This document shows positions 1 to 6,878 of a DNA stretch of 14,619 bases, in pieces; the first letter of the stretch is position 1, and every line of letters begins with the position of its first letter. Both the position numbers and the translations under genes were made by a program. Under the pieces are notes generated by a model. That model did no database searches and was not told where the DNA came from. It saw only the letters and a list, made by a program, of their open reading frames with translations. The DNA comes from Candidatus Zixiibacteriota bacterium (lineage in GTDB: Bacteria; Zixibacteria; MSB-5A5; WJJR01), in NCBI GenBank assembly GCA_036170655.1, contig JAVHPP010000065.1:1-14619 (forward strand), in the 5' to 3' direction.

Positions 1-725
1 AAGCCGCGCAAAATGAGCCACGCATCAAAGGGACCGGGAACAGCGCCAATGGCATTCTGCGCGAAGGAAAGGCGTTCGAAGAGCTTCTCGTCGGACGTGA
101 CCACTGCACCACCGACCACATCGGAATGACCGCCGAGAAATTTTGTGGTCGAATGCACGACCATGTCGGCGCCCAGTTCGAGCGGACGCTGGAAATAGGG
201 GGATGCGAAGGTGTTGTCGACCACGACAATCAAGTGGTGTTTCCGCGCCAGCGCGACAGCGGCCCGGATGTCGGTAATCTTCAAGAGCGGATTGGTGGGA
301 GTCTCCAGCCAGAGCATCCGTGTCGTGGGCTTGATCGCCGCTTCGACATTCTTCAGATCCGAGGTGTCGGCATAACTGTAATCCAGTCCCCAATCGCGGA
401 AGATCTTTTCAAAGACGCGGTAGGTGCCGCCATACACGTCATCCGAGGAAATGACGTGGTCACCCATCTTCATCAACGACATGGACGTGGAGATCGCGGC
501 CATGCCGGAGGCAAAGGCAAGGCCATGTGTCCCGCCTTCCAAGGCAGCGAGACACTCTTCGAGCGCCTTGCGTGTGGGGTTTTGCGTGCGGGAGTATTCG
601 TAACCTTTGTGCTGGCCAATTGCCGACTGGGCATAGGTGGCGGTTTGGAAGATCGGGACCACGATGGCGCCGGTCTGCTCCTCCGGTTCCTGTCCCACAT
701 GAATAGCAGCCGTTTCAAAACGCAT
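1..725 (-). CDS. PLP-dependent cystathionine gamma-lyase/gamma-synthase (Cys/Met metabolism family); 3' end lies outside the window
   Basis: Not in the ORF track because it runs off the edge. Manual translation from ATG 725 gives MRFETAAIHVGQEPEEQTGAIVVPIFQTATY...YEYSRTQNPTR...FASGMAA...DDVYGGTYR...WLETPTNPLL...VVDNTFASPYFQRPLELGADMVVHSTTKFLGGHSDVVGG, with the PLP lysine in HSTTK. GGGAGA RBS upstream. Adjacency to CBS favours a gamma-lyase. Confidence 0.93.
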   Translation of the reverse strand, partial: MRFETAAIHVGQEPEEQTGAIVVPIFQTATYAQSAIGQHKGYEYSRTQNPTRKALEECLAALEGGTHGLAFASGMAAISTSMSLMKMGDHVISSDDVYGGTYRVFEKIFRDWGLDYSYADTSDLKNVEAAIKPTTRMLWLETPTNPLLKITDIRAAVALARKHHLIVVVDNTFASPYFQRPLELGADMVVHSTTKFLGGHSDVVGGAVVTSDEKLFERLSFAQNAIGAVPGPFDAWLILRG

Positions 726-764
726 CCGAGTCTCCCTGGGTGATGGCCGATGCATACCGGCCGG

Positions 765-2147
765 CTATTCCTTGAATGTTCTTGCCAGGTAGTCGATCAG
801 ATCGATCTTGGTGATTACACCGGCGATGGCATCGTGGTCGATCACGACCGCCATCTCCCGTCCGCCAGCGAACGATTCAGAGACGGCCGCCAGGGAGGTC
901 TGCGGGGTCACGACGTGGACGCGACGTTCGACAATAGCGCCGATCGGCTCGACGATGCGGTGGGTGCCGCTCATCATGTGCCGGAGCAGGTCCGCCTCGT
1001 TGATGACGCCGATCAGTTTTCCGTTGTCTATGACCGGCAACTGCGAAATATCGTGCTCCTTCATTTTTTCGACGACTTTGAAAACCTTCTCGTCGGTCGT
1101 AGCGGTCACAACCTGGCGTTTCCGTCCCGCCAGCAGATCGGCGACGTTCCCCAACTTCGGCGCGTCATCGAGAAAACCGTTGTCGCGCATCCATTCGTCG
1201 GAGAAGATTTTCGACAGGTAGCGTGAGCCGGAATCGGGAAGAATGACCACGACACAGCGAAAACGGTCATGAGCGCCAAGATATTTCGTGGCCCCAGCGA
1301 CCGCACCGCCCGATGACCCCCCGGCGAACAATCCCTCCTCGGTGGTGAGACGGCGCGCCATCCGGAAACACTCTTTGTCGTTGACCTGCACCATGTCGTC
1401 GACGACGGAGAAGTCCATGGCCTTGACAACCATGTCCTCGCCGATCCCCTCGACCTTGTATGCTTTGGGTTCGATCAGCTTCTTGTGTCTGTACCAGTCG
1501 TAGAAGACCGAGCCTTCGGGGTCGACGGCAATCACGGTGATCTTGGGGTTCTTCTCTTTCAGAAAGCGGGCCGAGCCCGACAGCGTGCCGCCGGTGCCGA
1601 TCCCGGCAATAAAGCAATCGACAGCGCCCTCAGTCTGCGTCCAGATTTCGGGACCGGTCGTCAGGTAATGAGCTTCGATGTTGTCCGGGTTGTGGTACTG
1701 ATTCAGATAGAACGAGCCCGGGGTCTCGCGGGCGATGCGCTTGGCGGTTTCGTAGTACGACTCTGGCGAGTCAGCGGGGACATTGGTCGGAGTGATGACG
1801 ACCTTGGCGCCGTATGCCTTCAGTAGGTTGACCTTTTCGCTGGACATCTTATCGGGCATGGTGAGAATCGCCTTGTAGCCGCGCACGGCTGCGACCATCG
1901 CCACACCAACGCCGGTGTTGCCGGATGTGTTTTCCACGATCGTCGCACCCGGCTTGAGCTTTCCTTCTTTTTCGGCCTTGTTGATAATGTGGATTGCCAT
2001 GCGGTCTTTCACCGAGCCACCCGGATTGAGAAACTCAACCTTGGCCCAGATGGGCGTCTTGAGATTGGCGCCGACCCGGTTGAGCCGCACGAGTGGTGTT
2101 TGTCCAACCGCATCCAAAATGTTGTCGAATTTCTTGCCTTGCGACAC
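765..2147 (-). CDS. cbs: Cystathionine beta-synthase (PLP fold II) with a C-terminal CBS-domain pair and no N-terminal heme extension
   Basis: Motifs KVEFLNPGGSVKDR (PLP Lys), TSGNTG, KMSSEK, NQYHNPDN..AHY.TTGPEIW, GIGTGGT, YKVEGIGED (CBS-like rather than the CysK HxIQGIG) and PDSGSRYLSK. The last ~130 aa carry a Bateman module (MKEHDISQLPVIDNGKLIGVI...GVITKIDLI). GTG start with a GAGGGGAG RBS. Confidence 0.9.
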   Translation of the reverse strand: MSQGKKFDNILDAVGQTPLVRLNRVGANLKTPIWAKVEFLNPGGSVKDRMAIHIINKAEKEGKLKPGATIVENTSGNTGVGVAMVAAVRGYKAILTMPDKMSSEKVNLLKAYGAKVVITPTNVPADSPESYYETAKRIARETPGSFYLNQYHNPDNIEAHYLTTGPEIWTQTEGAVDCFIAGIGTGGTLSGSARFLKEKNPKITVIAVDPEGSVFYDWYRHKKLIEPKAYKVEGIGEDMVVKAMDFSVVDDMVQVNDKECFRMARRLTTEEGLFAGGSSGGAVAGATKYLGAHDRFRCVVVILPDSGSRYLSKIFSDEWMRDNGFLDDAPKLGNVADLLAGRKRQVVTATTDEKVFKVVEKMKEHDISQLPVIDNGKLIGVINEADLLRHMMSGTHRIVEPIGAIVERRVHVVTPQTSLAAVSESFAGGREMAVVIDHDAIAGVITKIDLIDYLARTFKE

Positions 2148-2187
2148 GTCCTTCGCTCCCCTCTTCGGCGACGCCGAACGAGGGCGG

Positions 2188-2217
2188 AATCTACGTCTCC
2201 TTGAGGGTGAAAGTCAA
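2188..2217 (-). promoter_or_regulatory. Putative sigma70 promoter for cbs and the gamma-lyase: -35 TTGACT, 18 bp spacer, -10 TAGATT
   Basis: The minus strand reads TTGACT(2217-2212) TTCACCCTCAAGGAGACG TAGATT(2193-2188), about 40 nt upstream of the GTG start. Confidence 0.65.
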
Positions 2218-2253
2218 CGCGCAGGAAGCGTTTCGCAACTCAGGGTGAAAGTC
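2204..2253. repeat. Perfect 12-bp direct repeat AGGGTGAAAGTC (2204-2215 and 2242-2253); candidate operator
   Basis: Seen directly. The period is 38 bp, and the promoter-proximal copy overlaps the -35 hexamer. Confidence 0.7.
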
Positions 2254-2286
2254 TTGGGAATACGGCCATCACCATACACAGGGGAG

Positions 2287-3087
2287 TCACCGGTATTTCA
2301 GCCGGAATTCGATCCGATGGGAAATGCGGACAGCCACGGGCCGGCCATTCTGAATCGCGGGTCTATACTTGTACTTCAGGGCCGCATCCAAGGCTGCCTG
2401 TTCGAAGCCGACATTGCTGCCCGATGGCCTCAGAATCCGGGCGTCGCGAACGTTGCCATCACGGTCGATGAGCAGTTCGATCGTGACGACTCCCTCCACA
2501 CGGGTCAAGATAGCGATCTCTGGATAAACGGGATCCTGCCGTGTAATCAACACGGGGAGTTCGTCAACAGCAACGAATTCACCGGCTTTGGGAAAGAACT
2601 CTTCTTCCATCGCTCTCGAATCGATCTCAACCGAGTCTCCCCCACCCAAACCCCCTGCAGCAACCACGGGGGCGGACAATTCGGCCAACTCGGCACGTGT
2701 CGCGAACCGCACGTCCTCGACAGCTTCCTCATCCGGCACCGGCGTAGGGATGCCAACAGAGGGGGGCGCAATCTCCGGCTCGGCCACGTTGACTTGCGGC
2801 TTGGCCGCGGTCATCGACGGTGGCAGTGCGATATCCGAGTATGTCTCGATACGCACAACAGCAACCGGCTCCGCAGCGTTAGCGCGCTCCTTAATGTGTT
2901 GGTACAAGAGAAGCCCTCCAATCAGCGCGATGTGCAGTAGGGCCGCCAAGCCCATCCCAAACATCATGTTTCGCTGATAAATCTGCTTCAGTTCGAAAGC
3001 GCCGTACACGTGACTGATCGAACATCCCAAAGGCGCTCCAAATGCGCCACCCCGCGCCGCGGCACGGTTTCTCGATTGATGACTCAT
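2287..3087 (-). CDS. tonB: Energy transducer TonB, paralog 2
   Basis: N-terminal YGAFELKQ, a TM helix with the conserved His (AALLHIAL), a Pro/acidic linker, and a TonB_C domain (P.YPE.A....VEG.V....IDRDG.V...RPAIQNGRPVAV). GGAGG RBS. Confidence 0.9.
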   Translation of the reverse strand: MSHQSRNRAAARGGAFGAPLGCSISHVYGAFELKQIYQRNMMFGMGLAALLHIALIGGLLLYQHIKERANAAEPVAVVRIETYSDIALPPSMTAAKPQVNVAEPEIAPPSVGIPTPVPDEEAVEDVRFATRAELAELSAPVVAAGGLGGGDSVEIDSRAMEEEFFPKAGEFVAVDELPVLITRQDPVYPEIAILTRVEGVVTIELLIDRDGNVRDARILRPSGSNVGFEQAALDAALKYKYRPAIQNGRPVAVRISHRIEFRLKYR

Positions 3088-3186
3088 AGCTCGCCTCCCT
3101 CCCGGGCAGCCGCGCTGTCCCGAGGACTCGATCCCACCTTTCTTCTCTATCCATTTTTAATACACACGTGACGCCGTTTTATTCCC

Positions 3187-3219
3187 AAACAAGAAGCCTC
3201 CCGGCGTGCACCGGGAGGC
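3187..3219 (-). terminator. Rho-independent terminator between the two tonB genes
   Basis: The minus strand reads GCCTCCCGG-TGCACG-CCGGGAGGC followed by TTCTTGTTT: a 9-bp stem plus U-tract about 30 nt after the tonB1 stop. Confidence 0.8.
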
Positions 3220-3250
3220 CTGCAATAACCGTTCTTGTGATGGCCGAGCG

Positions 3251-4003
3251 TTATTTCAGCTTGAAGTCAACACGGTAGGAAACCCATACGGCCACTGGGC
3301 GGCCGTTCTGAATAGCGGGTTTGTATCTGTTCTTGTAAGCAGCTTCGATGGCCGCTTCTTCAAACCCCACATTGCTCCCGGAGGGCTTGAGGACACGGGC
3401 GTCGCGGACTTTGCCTTCTTTGTCGACAAGCGCCTGAACCCAGACGGTCCCCGACTTGTCCGTCAGTTTCGCCATCTCTGGGTAAATTGGCGCTTCATGG
3501 TTGATCTCGACCGGCATCTCTTCAACGGCCACAAATTCGCCGGCTTGGGGAAAGAACTCTTCTTCCATCGCTTTCGAATCGATCTCAACCGAATCTCCGC
3601 CACCCGAACCACCTGCTGCTACCACGGGGGCGGACAACTCGGCCAGTTCGGCACGCGTCGCGAACCGGACGTCCTCAACCGCTTCCTCATCCGGCACTGG
3701 CGTAGGGATACCGACAGAGGGGGGGGCAATATCCGGCTCGGCCACATTGACCTGCGGCTTGGCCGCGGTCATCGATGGCGGCGGAGCGATATCCGACATG
3801 GTCTTGATGCGCACAATAGCCACTGGCTCGGCGGCGTTGGCACGCTCCTTGATGTACTGGTACAAGAGCAACCCGCCAATCAGCACAAGATGCAACACGG
3901 CGGCCAAGACCACGCCGAGCGCCATGTTCTTCTGGTAAGATTGCTTCAGCTCAAAGGCGCCATACCACCCGGGCGCCGTTGCCGCCACTGGTTTTGCGCT
4001 CAT
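3251..4003 (-). CDS. tonB: Energy transducer TonB, paralog 1 (coupled to exbD)
   Basis: Same architecture as paralog 2 (AVLHLVL TM helix, Pro linker, PIYPEMA...YKPAIQNGRPVAVW C-domain). The start overlaps the exbD stop as ATGA (4003-4000). Confidence 0.92.
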   Translation of the reverse strand: MSAKPVAATAPGWYGAFELKQSYQKNMALGVVLAAVLHLVLIGGLLLYQYIKERANAAEPVAIVRIKTMSDIAPPPSMTAAKPQVNVAEPDIAPPSVGIPTPVPDEEAVEDVRFATRAELAELSAPVVAAGGSGGGDSVEIDSKAMEEEFFPQAGEFVAVEEMPVEINHEAPIYPEMAKLTDKSGTVWVQALVDKEGKVRDARVLKPSGSNVGFEEAAIEAAYKNRYKPAIQNGRPVAVWVSYRVDFKLK

Positions 4004-4596
4004 GGCGTCGCCGTCCCTTCTTCCGTCTCCGCTTCGCCGGTCACTTTGGCGATCGTCTTGGTGTCAAGGCGCGTCCACGGCCCCAGGGAGAAGACGTAAG
4101 AAAACTCCGGCTCATCCTTGGACAATTGCCCCTTCTCCTTGGCGATCCTCTGGGCCTCCTTGAAACGATATTCGACAATTTCGATTCGATCCAAGATATC
4201 AACCATCCGTGAGTACCGGGCCTGCTTGTTGATCTTGACCAGAGTCACCAGCCCGGGGATTTCGCGGACCTTGGCTTCCAGCAGCTTGGGCAGAGCGGAG
4301 AGTTCAACCGCCTGCGGGTTGTCATCGCCGGCGTTCCAGTAGATCCGGCTCTTGGCGTCCACGCGGAGGATCAGGACCTTTGACTGGGCGGTCGGCCTGT
4401 CCTCTTTTGACGGAGGCAGATTGATCTCCATGGCCTGCGGCTCCGAGAAGATGGTCGAGACCATGTAGAAGATCAAAAGCAGGAAGGCGATATCCACCAT
4501 CGGCGTCATGTCGATGCGGACCGCAACACGCCGTTTGGGCCGACGCAGCCCTTTCTTTTTTGCTGGCTTGGCACTGCCGAGATCGACCGCACCCAT
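4000..4596 (-). CDS. exbD: ExbD/TolR family protein (second exbD) with a C-terminal extension
   Basis: RIDMTPMVDIAFLLLIFYMV contains the essential TM Asp; periplasmic ...KQARYSRMVDILDRI. GAGGGAG RBS. Confidence 0.92.
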   Translation of the reverse strand: MGAVDLGSAKPAKKKGLRRPKRRVAVRIDMTPMVDIAFLLLIFYMVSTIFSEPQAMEINLPPSKEDRPTAQSKVLILRVDAKSRIYWNAGDDNPQAVELSALPKLLEAKVREIPGLVTLVKINKQARYSRMVDILDRIEIVEYRFKEAQRIAKEKGQLSKDEPEFSYVFSLGPWTRLDTKTIAKVTGEAETEEGTATP

Positions 4597-4686
4597 TTTA
4601 CCACTCCCTCAACCGGTTCTAACGCTTGGCCGATGACATTGTTTCCATCGGCTACCCACGGGTGGCCTCGTGCTCCCCGTGTGTCC

Positions 4687-5193
4687 TTATCCGCCCGACC
4701 GAGACACATCTTTGTCCAAGTCGGTGACGACCTGGAAGGTGGTCAGTTTCTGTTCCTGCATGGAGTTCATGATCTTCTCGACGACACCAAACGACGCATC
4801 TTTGTCGGCCTTCAGCACCAGAAACAAGTCGCGGATTTTCCCCTGCATGGCCTTGAGGCGCATCCGCTGGAGTTCGGCCCCCACCATCTCCGCTGGGGCG
4901 GTGTAGTATTCACGCACCGGCAGTTCGATCGAGTCTCCCGTCTCCGGGTTGAACTTCCTGGTCATCATGATGTAATCAAGGTAGACAGAGTCCTGCTTGG
5001 TCACCGTGATGGTGATGAAGTTCTTCAGCGGCAGTTCACGCTGCGACGTGGACGTCGGGAGCACAACCTGTTTTTGCTCCGGCGGCTTGAACTGCGTCGT
5101 GGTCATATAGAAGATCAAGAGCAGAAACGCAATATCCACCATCGGCGTCATGTCGATGCGGACAGCAATCCGCCGTTTGCCTTTTTTCAGCAT
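4687..5193 (-). CDS. exbD: ExbD/TolR family protein (first exbD)
   Basis: RIDMTPMVDIAFLLLIFYMTTTQF and VLKADKDASFGVVEKIMNSMQ motifs; starts 3 nt after the exbB stop. Confidence 0.93.
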   Translation of the reverse strand: MLKKGKRRIAVRIDMTPMVDIAFLLLIFYMTTTQFKPPEQKQVVLPTSTSQRELPLKNFITITVTKQDSVYLDYIMMTRKFNPETGDSIELPVREYYTAPAEMVGAELQRMRLKAMQGKIRDLFLVLKADKDASFGVVEKIMNSMQEQKLTTFQVVTDLDKDVSRSGG

Positions 5194-5196
5194 AAC

Positions 5197-5937
5197 CTAC
5201 GCACCAGCCGCACGTGATTCCCGTGACTTTAGGAGTTGGACAACCTCATAGGACGCTTCGTCGATTGTGTAGTTGAAGCTGTCCACCTTGTTGACGAAGA
5301 AGTTATAAGCCACAATACCAATGATCGCATTGAACAGTCCGCCCGCCGTATTCACCAGCGCTTCGGAAATGCCGGTGGCCAGCGAGGTGGCATCGATGAC
5401 CCCCCCGGCCGCGTGACCGGTGGCTTTGAAGGCGCGGATCATACCGATGGTCGTTCCCAAAAGGCCCACCATGGTGGCGATCGACGCAATGGTCGACAAC
5501 GCAATCAGATTCCGTTCCAGGAGGGGAACCTCCAACGCATTCGCTTCTTCAATGGCCCGCTGGGTTTCCTCGACCCGCTTGTCCGTGTTCAAGGACCGGT
5601 CGTCCTTGACCTGTGCGTATCGCTCGATCCCCGCGCGCAAGACATTGGCGCAGGAGCCGCGCTGTTTGTCGCACGCGGCGACAGCGCCGGAGTAGTCATT
5701 CTTGTGCAGCGAATCCACAACGTGCTTAAAGAACACTTGAATGGACATGGCGCCACGCGCCTTGCGAAGCGTGAAGAGCCTCTCCAGAATGAATGCAACC
5801 AGCATCACCGATAGCGCAATCAGCAGCGCAACGAGTGGCCCCCCCTTTTGCAGGTAGTCCGGCAGTTGGGACCAGACTATGAACCCGGTGGCCAATGACA
5901 CCACCAGCACGATGACGACGAACAACCCTTGTTTCAC
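5197..5937 (-). CDS. exbB: MotA/TolQ/ExbB proton-channel family protein
   Basis: LSTIASIATMVGLLGTTIGMIRAF and GISEALVNTAGGL carry the conserved Thr/Glu. Start reassigned to GTG 5937, which follows a perfect AAGGAGG (5950-5944); the ORF-track start at 5994 is likely too early. Confidence 0.93.
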   Translation of the reverse strand: MKQGLFVVIVLVVSLATGFIVWSQLPDYLQKGGPLVALLIALSVMLVAFILERLFTLRKARGAMSIQVFFKHVVDSLHKNDYSGAVAACDKQRGSCANVLRAGIERYAQVKDDRSLNTDKRVEETQRAIEEANALEVPLLERNLIALSTIASIATMVGLLGTTIGMIRAFKATGHAAGGVIDATSLATGISEALVNTAGGLFNAIIGIVAYNFFVNKVDSFNYTIDEASYEVVQLLKSRESRAAGA

Positions 5938-6089
5938 CGACCGCCTCCTTTGACCCGGTCGGTCACGGCTCACCACGCCTGCGACCAGCCGCAACCCCTG
6001 ATGAACTACCAGTTAACGTATTTTTCAGCCATTAACAATTCCATCAACATCGCCCGTGGAGTGCTCTCTCGCCGGGACGCCACTTTCTA

Positions 6090-6878
6090 TTACAAATCGC
6101 CAGACTTGACAGCGGCAATCAAACCAGCCCCCATCGCCGCGTATGGACCATACGACAGCAGGGTAAACAAAGTCCCGAACCCGTACGACTCCCCCGGATC
6201 GATGAGACCCCAAGAAGCGAATCCGGGAATCGCTCCACCGATCAAAGACAGGAGGGTAATGGCCAGACCATCCAAGAAAACGGCGTATCCCATTCTCAGC
6301 GGCAGTCTCAGGCGTGCCTGATACGCGTCTGCCGAAGGCGCCTTCATCCAGACCGAAGCCAGCATCCATATTCCCAAGATCGGGGTGGCGATCAGCAGGA
6401 GAAGCCCCAAGATCGCGGAAAGTCCAACGGCGAAACCACCAGCGAACGCCGTCGAGAATCCACCAAAGAGAGTGCCGAGAGCCCCCACCCAAGACAGCGT
6501 GAACCTCGATCCACCCATCGCTCGATAGCTAACCCATGGCAGCGCAACTGCAAGAATCATGATCGCGCCAACAGCAGCCAGGACGATTCGGTCAACCGCG
6601 GACATCGCCACATCCCGCAACAGCGAGAAGTCGCGTTCCAGAGACGAAACACCGCCGCCCAACTGGACGTTCTTGGTGTACTGGTTCGCCTCCGCTTCGG
6701 ACTTCCAGAACTTCGGAATATGGACAGGATAAACTTCGAACCCGATGAAGCGAAACCGGACATCATCGGGATGCCCCTCTGCCGGGGGGGGCACCGACCC
6801 AGCGTGAGATGATGGATTCTGTGTCATGGGATTGTCATCGCGAGACTCCCCACCAGGGGGAATCTCAGTTTTGTTCAA
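6090..6878 (-). CDS. Hypothetical multi-pass membrane protein (about 4-5 TM segments); alternative start ATG 6827
   Basis: Hydrophilic N-terminus followed by several Gly/Leu/Ala-rich hydrophobic segments. Fills the gap between the TPR gene and exbB on the same strand. No family recognised. Confidence 0.8.
   Translation of the reverse strand: MNKTEIPPGGESRDDNPMTQNPSSHAGSVPPPAEGHPDDVRFRFIGFEVYPVHIPKFWKSEAEANQYTKNVQLGGGVSSLERDFSLLRDVAMSAVDRIVLAAVGAIMILAVALPWVSYRAMGGSRFTLSWVGALGTLFGGFSTAFAGGFAVGLSAILGLLLLIATPILGIWMLASVWMKAPSADAYQARLRLPLRMGYAVFLDGLAITLLSLIGGAIPGFASWGLIDPGESYGFGTLFTLLSYGPYAAMGAGLIAAVKSGDL

Noticed and set aside
126..743. 205-aa plus-strand ORF and short minus-strand ORFs at 25-393 and 473-718
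   Set aside because: They overlap the clear cystathionine gamma-lyase frame, which the track missed because it is truncated by the window edge.
2200..2260. GGGTGAAAGTC resembles FMN-riboswitch or RNase P GNRA-type segments
   Set aside because: It is on the strand opposite the downstream genes, and the other conserved helices and motifs are absent.
2287..4003. tonB pair as a diversity-generating retroelement template/variable repeat
   Set aside because: Differences are not adenine-specific, both copies are full genes, and no reverse transcriptase is present.
1915..4099. Long plus-strand ORFs (341 aa at 1915-2940; 297 aa at 3206-4099) that resemble each other
   Set aside because: They are antisense shadows of the tonB paralogs. 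Their similarity comes from the duplication, and GC-rich codon usage suppresses antisense stops.
5938..6089. AT-rich stretch upstream of exbB as a Fur box or internal promoter
   Set aside because: No match to GATAATGATAATCATTATC and no convincing -35/-10 pair. An internal promoter remains possible but is unsupported.
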